Below are positions 1 through 14,700 of a DNA stretch of 64,000 bases, piece after piece. Within the stretch, counting starts at the first letter, position 1, and each line of letters begins with the position of its first letter. The notes under the pieces are model-generated. The model saw only the letters and a program-made list of their open reading frames with translations. It did no database searches and was not told the origin of the DNA. Made by a program: the position numbers and the translations under genes. The stretch lies in NCBI RefSeq assembly GCF_009914755.1, contig NC_060933.1; one strand, written 5' to 3'. This stretch comes from the human T2T-CHM13v2.0 reference genome, Homo sapiens.

Positions 1-384
1 GAATGGAATGGAATTAACCCGAATAGAATGGAATGCAATAGAATGGAATGCAACGGAACCGAATGGAGTGGAATGGAATGGAATGGAATAAACCCGAGTA
101 CAGGGGAATGGAATGGAATGGAAAGCAATGGAATGGAGTCATCCGTAATGGAATGGAAAGGAATGGAATGGAATGGAATGGAATGGAATGGAATCAACTC
201 GATGACAATCGAATGGAATGGAATGGAATTAACCCGAATAGAATGGAATGGAATGGAATGGAACGGAACGGAATGGAATGGAATGGAATAGAATGGAATG
301 GAACGGAACGGAATGGAATGTAATGGAATGGAATGGAATCAACGCGAGTGCAGGGGAATGGAATGGAATGGAATGCATTGGAAT

Positions 385-399
385 GGAATCTTCCGGAAT
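385..399. promoter_or_regulatory. Canonical heat-shock-element match GGAATCTTCCGGAAT (first of ~30 copies)
   Basis: g-GAA-t c-TTC-c g-GAA-t fits the three-unit HSF consensus nGAAnnTTCnnGAAn exactly. This is a motif match only; binding cannot be shown from sequence. Confidence 0.5.
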
Positions 400-3300
400 G
401 GAATGGAATGGAATGGAATGGAATGGAATGGAATGGAATGGAATCAACCCGAGTGCAATGGAATGGAGTGGAATGGAATGGAATGGAATGGAACAACCCG
501 AATGGAATGGAATGTAACGGAGAGTAAGGGAGTTGAATAGAATCAATCCGAATGTAATGGAATGGAATGGAACGGAATGGAATTGAATGGAATGGAATGG
601 AATGCAATGGAATGGAATCAACCCGAGTGCAATGGAATGGAGAGGAATGGAATGGAATGGAATGGAATGGAAACTACCCGAATGGAATTGAATGTAATGG
701 AGTGTAAGGGAATTGAATAGAATCAATCCGAATGTAAAGGAATGGAATGGAACGGAATGGAATGGAATGGAATGGAATGGAATGGAATGGAATGGAATGA
801 AATGCAATGGATTCAACTCGATTGCAATGGAATGGAATGGAATGGAATGGAATTAATCCGAATAGAATGGAATGGAATGGAATGGAACGGAATGTAACGG
901 AATGGAATGGAACGGAATGGAATGGAATGGTATGGAATGGAATGGAATGGTACGGAATAGAATGGAATGGAACGAATTGTAATGGAATGGAATTGAATGG
1001 AATGGAATGGAATGGAATGGAATCAACGCGAGTGCAGGGGAATTTAATGGAACAGATTGCAGTGGAATGGAATCATCCGGAATGGAATGGAATGGAATGG
1101 AATGGAATGGAATGGAATGGAATGGAATGGAATCAACCCGAGTGCAATGGAATGGAGTGGAATGGAATGGAATGGAATGGAACAACCCCAAAGGAATGGA
1201 ATGTAATGGAGAGTAAGGGAGTTGAATAGAATCAATCCGCATGTAATGGAATGGAATGCAACGGAGTGGAATGGAATGGAATGGAATGGAATGGAATGCA
1301 ATATAATGGAATCAACCCGAGTACAATGGAATGGAATGGAATGGAATGGAATGGAATGGAATGGAATGGAATGGAATGGAATGATACGGAATAGAATGGA
1401 ATGGAACGAAATGGAATGGAATGGAATGGAATGGAATGGAATGGAATGGAATGGAATGGAATGGAATCGTTCCGAGTGGAATAGGAGGGAATGTATTCGA
1501 GTGGAATGGAAAGGAATGGAATCAACCAGAGTGGAATGGAAGGGAATGGAATGGAATGGAATGGAATGGAATGGAATGCAATGGAATGGAATCAACCCGA
1601 GTGCAATCGAATGGAATCAAATGGAATGGAATACAATGGAATGGATTCAACTTGAATGGAAAGGAAAGAATGGAATCAACACGAGTGGAATGGCATGGAT
1701 TGGAATGGAATGGAATGGAATCAACCCGAGTACCGGGGAATGGAATGGAATGGAATGCAATGGAATGGAATCATCAGTAATGGAATGGAAAGGAATGGAA
1801 AGGAATGGAATGGAATGGAATGGAATGGAATGGAATGGAATCAAGTCGTTTGCAATCGAATGGAATGGAATGGAATTAACCCGAATAGAATGGAATGGAA
1901 TGGAATGGAACGGAACGGAATGGAATGGAGTGGAATGGAATGGAACGGAAAGGAATGGAATGGAATGGAATGGAATCAACGCGAGTGCAGGGGAATGGAA
2001 TGGATTCGAATGGAATGGAAAGGAATGGAATGGAATCAACCCGAGTGCAGGGGAACGTAATGGAACGGAATGCAATGGAATGGAATCATCCGGAAAGGAA
2101 TGGAATAGAATTGAATGGAATCAACCCGAGTGCAATGGAATGGAGTGGAATGGAAAGGAATGGAATGGAACAACCCGAATGGAATGGAATGTAATGGAGA
2201 GTAAGGGAGTTGAAAAGAATCAATCCGAATGTAATGGAATGGAATGGAACGGAATGGAATGGAATGGAATGGAATGGAATGGAATGCAATGGAATGGAAT
2301 CAACCCGAGTACAATGGAATGGAATGGAATGGAATGGAATGGAATGGAATGGAATGGAATGCAATGGAATGGAATCTTCCGGAATTGAATGGAATGGAAT
2401 GGAATGGAATGGAATGCAATGGATTCAACTCGATTGCAATGGAATGGAATAGAATGGAATGGAATGGAATGGAATGGAATGGAATTAAACCGGATAGAAT
2501 GGAATGGAATGGAATGGAACGGAACAGAACGGAACGGAACGGAACGGAGTGGAATGGAATGGAATGGAATTGTATGGAATGGAATGGAATGGTACGGAAT
2601 AGAATGGAATGGAAAGAACTGGAATGGAATGGAATCGAATGGAATGGAATGGAATGGAATGGAATCAACCCGAGTGCATGGGAATGTAATGGAACGGAAT
2701 GCAATGGAATGGAATCATCCGGAATGGAATGGAATGGAATGGAATGGAATGGAATCAACCCGAGCGCAATGGAATGGAGTGGAATGGAATGGAATGGAAT
2801 GGAACAACCCGAATGGAATGGAATGTAATGGAGAGTAAGGGAGTTGAATAGAATCAATCCGAATGTAATGGAATGGAACGGAATGGAATGGAATGGAAAG
2901 GAATGGAATGGAATGGAATGGAATGCAATGGAATGGAATCAACCCGAGTACAATAGAACAGAATGAAATGGAATGTAATGTAATGGAATGGAATGGAATG
3001 GAATGGAATGGAATGGAATCAACCCGAGTGCAATGGAATGGAGAGGAATGGAATGGAATGGAGTGGAAACTACCCGAATGGAATGGAATGTAATGGACTG
3101 TAAGGGAATTGAATAGAATCAATCCGAATGGAATGGAATGGAATGGAACGGAATGTAATGGAATGGAATGGAATGGAATCAACCCGAGTGCAGGGGAATG
3201 GAATGGAATGGAATGCAATGGAATGGAATCATCCGGAATGGAATGGAATGGAATGCAATGGAATGGAATGGAATGGAATCAACCCGAGTGCAATGGAATG

Positions 3301-3619
3301 GAGTGAAATGGAATGGAATGGAATGGAGACAACCTGAATGGATCGGAATATAATGGAGTGTAAGGGAATTGAATAGAATCAATCTGAATGTAATGAAATG
3401 GAATAGAACGGAATGGAATGGAATGGAATGGAATGGAATGGAATGCAATGGAATGGAATCAACCCGAGTGCAATCGAATGGAATCGAATGGAATGGAATG
3501 CAATGGAATAGATTCAACTTGAATGGAATGGAAAGAATGGAATCAACAAGAGTGGAATGGCATGGATTGGAATGGAATGGAATGGAATCAACCCGAGTAT
3601 AGGGGAATGGAATGGAATG

Positions 3620-6600
3620 GAATGCAATGGAATGGAATCATCATTAATGGAATGGAAAGGAATGGAAAGGAATGGAATGAAATGGAATGGAATGGAATGG
3701 AATGGAATGGAATGGAATGGAATCAACTCGATTGCAATCGAATGGAATGGAATGGAATTAACCCGAATAGAATGGAATGGAATGGAATGGAACGGAACGG
3801 AATGGAATGGAATGGAATGGAACGGAAAGGAAGGGAATGGAATGGAATAGAATGGAATGGAATGGAATCAACGCGAGTGCAGGGGAATGGAATGGAATGG
3901 AATGAAATGGAATGGAATCTTCCGGAATGGAATGGAATGGAATGGAATGGAATGGAATTGAATGGAATCAATCCGAGTGCAATGGAATGGAGTGGAATGG
4001 CATGGAATGGAATGGAACAAATCGAATGGAATGGAATGTAATGGAGAGTAAGGGAGTTGAATAGAATCAATCCGAATGTAATGGAATGGAATGGAACGGA
4101 ATGGAATGGAATGGAATGCAATGGAATGGAATCAACCCGAGTACAATGGAATGGAATGGAATGGAATGGAATGGAATGGAATGGAATGGAATGCAATGGA
4201 ATCTTCCGGAATGGAATGGAATGGAATGGAATGGAATGGAATGGAATGCAATGGATTCAACTCGATTGCAATGGAAAGGAATAGAATGGAATGGAATGGA
4301 ATGGAATGGAATGGAATGGAATTAAACCGAATAGAATGGAATGGAATGGAATGGAACGGAACAGAACGGAACGGAACGGAACGGAGTGGAATGGAATGGA
4401 ATGGAATTGTATGGAATGGAATGGAATGGTACGGAATAGAATGGAATGGAAAGAATTGGAATGGAATGGAATCGAATGGAATGGAATGGAATGGAATGGA
4501 ATCAACCCGAGTGCTGGGGAATGTAATGGAACGGAATGCAATGGAATGGAATCATCCGGAATGGAATGGAATGGAATGGAATGGAATGGAATGGAATGGA
4601 ATGGAATCAACCCGAGCGCAATGGAATGGAGTGGAATGGAATGGAATGGAATGGAACAACCCGAATGGAATGGAATGTAATGGAGAGTAAGGGAGTTGAA
4701 TAGAATCAATCCGAATGTAATGGAATGGAACGGAGTGGAATGGAATGTAATGGAATGGAATGGGATGGAATGGAATGCAATGGAATGGAATCAACCCGAG
4801 TGCAATGGAATGGAGAGGAATGGAATGGAATGGAATGGAAACTACCCAAATGGAATGGAATGTAATGGACTGTAAAGGAATTGAATAGAATCAATCCGAA
4901 TGTAATGGAATGGAATGGAACGGAATGGAATGGAATGGAATGGAATGCAATGGAATGGAATCAACCCGAGTGCAATCGAATGGAATCGAATGGAATGGAA
5001 TGCAATGGAATGAATTCAACTTGAATGGAATGGAAAGAATGGAATCAACACGAGTGGAATGGCATGGATTGGAATGGAATGGAATGGAATCAACCCGAGT
5101 ACAGGGGAATGGAATGGAATGGAATGCAATGGAATGGAATCATCCATAATGGAATGGAAAGGAATGGAATGGAATGGAATGGAATGGAATGGAATCAACG
5201 CGAGTGCAGGGGAATGGAATGGAATGGAATGCAATGGAATGGCATCTTCCCGAATGGAATGGAATGGAATGGAATGGAATGGAATGGAATGAAATGCAAT
5301 GGATTCAACTCGATTGCAATGGAATGGAATACAATGGAATGGAATGGAATGGAATGGAATTAATTCGAATAGAATGGAATGGAATGGAATGGAACGGAAT
5401 GGAACGGAATGGAAAGGAATGGAATGGAATGGTATGGAATGGAATGGAATGGTACGGAATAGAATGGAATGGAACGAATTGTAATGGAATGGAATTGAAT
5501 GGAATGGAATGGAATCAACGCGAGTGCAGGGGAATGTAATGGAACGGAATGCAATGGAATGGAATCATCCGGAATGGAATGGAATGGAATGGAATGGAAT
5601 GGAATGGAATGGAATGGAACAACCCGCATAGAATTGAATGTAATGGAGAGTAAGGGAGTTGAATAGAATCAATCCGAATGTAATGGAATTGAATGCAACG
5701 GAATGGAATGGAATGGAATGGAATGGAATGCAATGGAATTGAATCAACACGAGTACAATGGAATGGAATGGAATGGAATGGAATGGAATGATACGGAATA
5801 GAATGGAATGGAACGAAATGGAATGGAATGGAATGGAATGGAATGGAATGGAATGGAATGGAATGGAATGGAATCGTTCCGAGTGGAATAGGAGGGAATG
5901 TATTCGAGTGGAATGGAAAGGAATGGAATCAACCAGAGTGGAATGGAAGGGAATGGAATGGAATGGAAACTAATAGAATGGAATCAACCCGAGAGGAATA
6001 GAATGGAAAGGACTGGAATGGAATGGAATGGAATGGAATGGAATTAACCAGAATACTATGCAATGGAATGGAACGGAACGGAATGGAGTGGAATGGAATG
6101 GAATCAACCCGAGTGCAGGGGAATGGAATGGAATGGAATGCAATGGAATGGAATCATCCGGAATGGAATGGAATGGAATGGAATGCAAAGCAATGGAATC
6201 AACTCGATTGCAATGCAATGGAATGGAATGGAAAGGAATACATTGGAATCAACCCGAGTGGAATGGAATGGAAAGGACTGGAATGGAGTGGAATGTAATG
6301 GAATGGAATGGAATGGAATGGAATCAACTCGATTGGAATGGAATGGAATGGAATGGAATGGAATGAAATGGAATTAACCCGAATAGAATGGAATGGAATG
6401 GAATGGAACGGAACGGAATGGAATGGAATGGAATGGAATGGAATGGAATGGAATGGAATGGAAACAACCCGACTGCAGGGGAATGGAATGGAATGGAATG
6501 CAATGGAATGTATTCAACTTGAATGGAATGGAAAGAATGGAATCAACACGAGTGGAATGGCATGGATTGGAATGGAATGGAATGGAATCAACCCGAGTAC

Positions 6601-9600
6601 AGGGGAATGGAATGGAATGGAATGCAATGGAATGGAATCATCCGTAATGGAATGGAAAGGAATGGAATGGAATGGAATGGAATGGAATGGAATGGAATGG
6701 AATCAACTCGATTGCAATCGAATGGAATGGAATGGAATTAACCCGAATAGAATTGAATGGAATGGAATGGAACGGAACGGAACGGAATGGAATGGATTGG
6801 AATGGAATGGAATGGAATGGAATGGAATGGAACGGAAAGGAATGGAATGGAATGGAATGGAATGGAATGGAATGTAATGGAATGGAATGGAATCAACGCG
6901 AGTGCAGGGGAATGGAATGGAATGGAATGCAATGGAATGGAATCTTCCGGAATGGAATGGAATGGAATGCAATGGAATGGAATGGAATAAACCCGAGTGC
7001 AATGATATGGAGTGGAATGGAATGGAATGGAATGGAACAACCCGAATGGAATGGAATGTAATGGAGAGTAAGGGAGTTGAATAGAATTAATCCGAATGTA
7101 ATGGAATGGAATGGAACGGAATGGAATTGAATGGAATGGAATGGAATGCAATGGAATGGAATCAACCCGAGTTCAATGGAATAGAGAGGAATGGAATGGA
7201 ATGGAATGGAAACTACCCGAATGGAATGGAATGTCATGGAGAGTAAGGGAGTTGAATAGAATCAATCCGAATGTAATGGAATGGAATGGAGCAGAATGGA
7301 ATTGAATGGAATGGAATGGAATGCAATGGAATGGAATCAACCCGAGTGCAATGGAATGGAGAGGAATGGAATGGAATGGAATGGAAACTACCCGAATGGA
7401 ATGGAATGTAATGGAGTGTAAGGGAATTGAATAGAATCAATCCGAATGTAATGTAATGGAATGGAATGGAATGGAATGGAATGGAATGCAATGGAATGGA
7501 ATCAACCCGAGTGCAATCGAATGGAATCGAATGGAATGGAATGCAATGGAATGGATTCAACTTGAATGGAATGGAAAGAATGGAATCAACACGAGTGGAA
7601 TGGCATGGATTGGAATGGAATGGAATGGAATCAACCCGAGTACAGGGGAATGGAATGGAATGGAATGCAATGGAATGGAATCATCATTAATGGAATGGAA
7701 AGGAATGGAAAGGAATGGAATGAAATGGAATGGAATGGAATGGAATGGAATGGAATGGAATCAACTCGATTGCAATCGAATGGAATGGAATGGAATTAAC
7801 CCGAATAGAATGGAATGGAATGGAATGGAACGGAACGGAATGGAATGGAATGGAATGGAACGGAAAGGAAGGGAATGGAATGGAATAGAATGGAATGGAA
7901 TGGAATCAACGCGAGTGCAGGGGAATGGAATGGAATGGAATGAAATGGAATGGAATCTTCCGGAATGGAATGGAATGGAATGGAATGGAATGGAATGGAA
8001 TGGAATCAATCCGAGTGCAATGGAATGGAGTGGAATGGCATGGAATGGAATGGAACAAATCGAATGGAATGGAATGTAATGGAGAGTAAGGGAGTTGAAT
8101 AGAATCAATCCGAATGTAATGGAATGGAATGGAACGGAATGGAATGGAATGGAATGCAATGGAATGGAATCAACCCGAGTACAATGGAATGGAATGGAAT
8201 GGAATGGAATGGAATGGAATGGAATGGAATGCAATGGAATCTTCCGGAATGGAATGGAATGGAATGGAATGGAATGGAATGGAATGGAATGCAATGGATT
8301 CAACTCGATTGCAATGGAAAGGAATAGAATGGAATGGAATGGAATGGAATGGAATGGAATGGAATTAAACCGAATAGAATGGAATGGAATGGAATGGAAC
8401 GGAACAGAACGGAACGGAACGGAACGGAGTGGAATGGAATGGAATGGAATTGTATGGAATGGAATGGAATGGTACGGAATAGAATGGAATGGAAAGAATT
8501 GGAATGGAATGGAATCGAATGGAATGGAATGGAATGGAATGGAATCAACCCGAGTGCTGGGGAATGTAATGGAACGGAATGCAATGGAATGGAATCATCC
8601 GGAATGGAATGGAATGGAATGGAATGGAATGGAATGGAATGGAATCAACCCGAGCGCAATGGAATGGAGTGGAATGGAATGGAATGGAATGGAACAACCC
8701 GAATGGAATGGAATGTAATGGAGAGTAAGGGAGTTGAATAGAATCAATCCGAATGTAATGGAATGGAACGGAATGGAATGGAATGGAATGGAATGGAATG
8801 GAATGGAATGGAATGCAATGGAATGGAATCAACCCGAGTGCAATGGAATGGAGAGGAATGGAATGGAATGGAATGGAAACTACCCAAACGGAATGGAATG
8901 TAATGGACTGTAAAGGAATTGAATAGAATCAATCCGAATGTAATGGAATGGAATGGAACGGAATGGAATGGAATGGAATGGAATGCAATGGAATGGAATC
9001 AACCCGAGTGCAATCGAATGGAATCGAATGGAATGGAATGCAATGGAATGAATTCAACTTGAATGGAATGGAAAGAATGGAATCAACACGAGTGGAATGG
9101 CATGGATTGGAATGGAATGGAATGGAATCAACCCGAGTACAGGGGAATGGAATGGAATGGAATGCAATGGAATGGAATCATCCATAATGGAATGGAAAGG
9201 AATGGAATGGAATGGAATGGAATGGAATGGAATCAACGCGAGTGCAGGGGAATGGAATGGAATGGAATGCAATGGAATGGCATCTTCCCGAATGGAATGG
9301 AATGGAATGGAATGGAATGGAATGAAATGCAATGGATTCAACTCGATTGCAATGGAATGGAATACAATGGAATGGAATGGAATGGAATGGAATTAATTCG
9401 AATAGAATGGAATGGAATGGAATGGAACGGAATGGAACGGAATGGAAAGGAATGGAATGGAATGGTATGGAATGGAATGGAATGGTACGGAATAGAATGG
9501 AATGGAACGAATTGTAATGGAATGGAATTGAATGGAATGGAATGGAATCAACGCGAGTGCAGGGGAATGTAATGGAACGGAATGCAATGGAATGGAATCA

Positions 9601-11700
9601 TCCGGAATGGAATGGAATGGAATGGAATGGAATGGAATGGAATGGAATGGAACAACCCGCATGGAATTGAATGTAATGGAGAGTAAGGGAGTTGAATAGA
9701 ATCAATCCGAATGTAATGGAATTGAATGCAACGGAATGGAATGGAATGGAATGGAATGGAATGCAATGCAATTGAATCAACACGAGTACAATGGAATGGA
9801 ATGGAATGGAATGGAATGGAATGATACGGAATAGAATGGAATGGAACGAAATGGAATGGAATGGAATGGAATGGAATGGAATGGAATGGAATGGAATGGA
9901 ATGGAATCGTTCCGAGTGGAATAGGAGGGAATGTATTCGAGTGGAATGGAAAGGAATGGAATCAACCAGAGTGGAATGGAAGGGAATGGAATGGAATGGA
10001 AACTAATAGAATGGAATCAACCCGAGAGGAATAGAATGGAAAGGAATGGAATGGAATGGAATGGAATGGAATGGAATTAACCAGAATACTATGCAATGGA
10101 ATGGAACGGAACGGAATGGAGTGGAATGGAATGGAATCAACCCGAGTGCAGGGGAATGGAATGGAATGGAATGCAATGGAATGGAATCATCCGGAATGGA
10201 ATGGAATGGAATGGAATGCAAAGCAATGGAATCAACTCGATTGCAATGCAATGGAATGGAATGGAAAGGAATACATTGGAATCAACCCGAGTGGAATGGA
10301 ATGGAAAGGACTGGAATGGAGTGGAATGGAATGGAATGGAATGGAATGGAATGGAATCAACTCGATTGGAATGGAATGGAATGGAATGGAATGGAATGAA
10401 ATGGAATTAACCCGAATAGAATGGAATGGAATGGAATGGAACGGAACGGAACGGAATGGAATGGAATGGAATGGAATGGAATGGAATGGAAACAACCCGA
10501 CTGCAGGGGAATGGAATGGAATGGAATGCAATGGAATGTATTCAACTTGAATGGAATGGAAAGAATGGAATCAACACGAGTGGAATGGCATGGATTGGAA
10601 TGGAATGGAATGGAATCAACCCGAGTACAGGGGAATGGAATGGAATGGAATGCAATGGAATGGAATCATCCGTAATGGAATGGAAAGGAATGGAATGGAA
10701 TGGAATGGAATGGAATGGAATGGAATGGAATGGAATCAACTCGATTGCAATCGAATGGAATGGAATGGAATTAACCCGAATAGAATTGAACGGAATGGAA
10801 TGGAACGGAACGGAACGGAATGGAATGGATTGGAATGGAATGGAATGGAATGGAATGGAATGGAACGGAAAGGAATGGAATGGAATGGAATGGAATGGAA
10901 TGGAATGTAATGGAATGGAATGGAATCAACGCGAGTGCAGGGGAATGGAATGGAATGGAATGCAATGGAATGGAATCTTCCGGAATGGAATGGAATGGAA
11001 TGCAATGGAATGGAATGGAATAAACCCGAGTGCAATGATATGGAGTGGAATGGAATGGAATGGAATGGAACAACCCGAATGGAATGGAATGTAATGGAGA
11101 GTAAGGGAGTTGAATAGAATTAATCCGAATGTAATGGAATGGAATGGAACGGAATGGAATTGAATGGAATGGAATGGAATGCAATGGAATGGAATCAACC
11201 CGAGTTCAATGGAATAGAGAGGAATGGAATGGAATGGAATGGAAACTACCCGAATGGAATGGAATGTCATGGAGAGTAAGGGAGTTGAATAGAATCAATC
11301 CGAATGTAATGGAATGGAATGGAGCGGAATGGAATTGAATGGAATGGAATGGAATGCAATGGAATGGAATCAACCCGAGTGCAATGGAATGGAGAGGAAT
11401 GGAATGGAATGGAATGGAAACTACCCGAATGGAATGGAATGTAATGGAGTGTAAGGGAATTGAATAGAATCAATCCGAATGTAATGGAATGTAATGGAAT
11501 GGAATGGAATGGAATGGAATGCAATGGAATGGAATCAACCCGAGTGCAATCGAATGGAATCGAATGGAATGGAATGCAATGGAATGGATTCAACTTGAAT
11601 GGAATGGAAAGAATGGAATCAACACGAGTGGAATGGCATGGATTGGAATGGAATGGAATGGAATCAACCCGAGTACAGGGGAATGGAATGGAATGGAATG
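3620..11700 (+). repeat. Near-identical tandem duplication, 2 x ~4.03-4.04 kb
   Basis: Private variants recur at a near-constant offset: TCATTAATGG 3641/7684, GTGCTGGGG 4511/8554, GGCATCTTCC 5241/9279, GAATACTATG 6051/10084, AATGATATGG 7001/11034, ATGTCATGG 7231/11264. Boundaries are approximate. Confidence 0.92.
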
Positions 11701-14700
11701 CAATGGAATGGAATCATCCGTAATGGAATGGAAAGGAATGGAATGGAATGGAATCAACTCGATTGCAATCGAATGGAACGGAATGGAATTAACCCGAATA
11801 GAATGGAATGGAATGGAATGGAATGGAATGGAACGGAACGGAACGGAATGGAATGGAATGGAATGGAATGGAATGGAACGGAACGGAACGGAATGGAATG
11901 GAATGGAATGGAATGGAATGGAATGGAATCAACGCGAGTGCAGGGGAATGGAATGGAATGGAATGCAATGGAATGGAATCTTCCGGAATGGAATGGAATG
12001 GAATGGAATGGAATGAAATGCAATGGATTCAACTCGATTGCAATGGAATGGAATAGAATGGAATGGAATGGAATGGAATGGAATTAATCCGAATAGAATG
12101 GAATGGAATGGAATGGAACGGAATGGAACGGAATGGAATGGAATGGAGTGGAATGGAATGGTATGGAATGGAATGGAATGGTACGGAATAGAATGGAATG
12201 GAACGAATTGTAATGGAATGGAATTGAATGGAATGGAATGGAATGGAATGCAATGGAATTGAATCAACCCGAGTACAATGGAATGGAATGGAATGGAATG
12301 GAATGGAATGGAATGGAATGGAATGGAATGATACGGAATAGAATGGAATGGAACGAAATGGAATGGAATGGAATGGAATGGAATGGAATCGTTCCGAGTG
12401 GTATAGGAGGGAATGTATTCGAGTGGAATGGAAAGGAATGGTATCAACCAGAGTGGAATGGAAGGGAATGGAATGGAATGGAAACTAATAGAATGGAATC
12501 AACCCGAGTGGAATGGAATGGAAATGACTGGAATTGAATGGAATGGAATGGAATCAACTCGATTGTAATGGAATGGAATGGAATGGAATGGAATGGAATG
12601 GAATTAACCCGAATACAATGGAATGGAATGGAATGGAACGGAATGGAGTGGAATGGAATGGAATCAACCCGAGTGCAGGGGAATGGAATGGAATGGAATG
12701 CAATGGAATGGAATCATCCGGAATGGAATGGAATGGAATGGAATGCAAAGCAATGGAATCAACTCGATTGCAATGGAATGGAATGGAATGGAAAGGAATA
12801 CATTGGAATCAACCCGAGTGGAATGGAATGGAAAGGACTGGAATGGAGTGGAATGGAATGGAATGGAATCAACTCGATTGGAATGGAATGGAATGGAATG
12901 GAATGGAATTAACCCGAATAGAATGGAATGGAATGGAATGGAACGGAACGGAATGCAATGGAATGGAATGTAATGGAATGGAATGGAATGGAATCAACCC
13001 GACTGCAGGGTAATGGAATGGAATGGAATGCAATGGAATGGATTCAACTTGAATGGAATGGAAAGAATGGAATCAACACGAGTGGAATGGCATGGATTGG
13101 AATGGGATGGAATGGAATCAACCCGAGTACAGGGGAATGGAATGGAATTGAATGCAATGGAATGGAATCATCCGTAATGGAATGGAAAGGAATGGAATGG
13201 AATGGAATAGAATGGAATGGAATCAACTCGATTGCAATCGAATGGAATGGAATGGAATTAACCCGAATAGAATGGAATGGAATGGAATGGAACAGAACGG
13301 AACGGAATGGAACGGATTGGAATGGAATGGAATGGAATGGAAGGGAAGGGAAAGGAATGGAATGGAATGGAATGGAATGGAATGGAATGGAATGGAATCA
13401 ACGCGAGTGCAGGGGAATGGAATGGAATGGAATGCAATGGAATGGAATCTTCCGGAATGGAATGGAATGGAATGGAATGGAATGGAATGGAATGGAATAA
13501 ACCCGAGTGCAATGGAATGGAGTGGAATGGAATGGAATGGAATGGAACAACCCGAATGGAATGGAATGTAATGGAGAGTAAGGGAGTTGAATAGAATCAA
13601 TCCGAATGTAATGGAATGGAATGCAACGTAATGGAATGGAATGGAATGGAATGGAACGCAATGGAATGGTATCAACCCGAGTACAATGGAATGGAATGGA
13701 AAGGAATGGAATGGAATGGAATGGAATGGAATGGAATGATACGGAATAGAATGGAATGGAACGAAATGGAATGGAATGGAATGGAATGGAATGGAATGGA
13801 ATCGTTCCGAGTGGAATAGGAGGGAGTGTATTCGAGTGGAATGGAAAGGAATGGAATCAACCAGAGTGGAATGGAAGGGAATGGAATGGAATGGAAACTA
13901 ATAGAATGGAATCAACCCGAGAGGAATAGAATGGAAAGGACTGGAATGGAATGGAATGGAATGGAATCAACTCGATTGTAATGGAATGGAATGGAATGGA
14001 ATGGAATGGAATGGAATGGAATTAACCCGAATACAATGGAATGGAATGGAATGGAACGGAATGGAGTGGAATGGAATGGAATCAACCCGAGTGCAGGGGA
14101 ATGGAATGCAATGGAATGCAATGGAATGGAATCATCCGGAATGGAATGGAATGGAATGGAATGCAAAGCAATGGAATCAACTCGATTGCAATGGAATGGA
14201 ATGGAATGGAAAGGAATATCTTGGAATGGAGTGGAATGGAATGGAATGGAATGGAATGGAATCAACTCGATTGGAATGGAATGGAATGGAATGGAATGGA
14301 ATGAAATGGAATTAACCCGAATAGAATGGAATGGAATGGAATGGAACGGAACGGAATGGAATGGAATGGAATGGAATGGAATGGAATGGAATGGAAACAA
14401 CCCGACTGCAGGGGAATGGAATGGAATGGAATGCAATGGAATGGATTCAACTTGAATGGAATGGAAAGAATGGAATCAACACGAGTGGAATGGCATGGAT
14501 TGGAATGGAATGGAATGGAATCAACCCGAGTACAGGGGAATGGAATGGAATGGAATGCAATGGAATGGAATCATCCGTAATGGAATGGAAAGGAATGGAA
14601 TGGAATGGAATGGAATGGAATGGAATCAACTCGATTGCAATCGAATGGAATGGAATGGAATTAACCCGAATAGAATGGAATGGAATGGAATGGAACGGAA

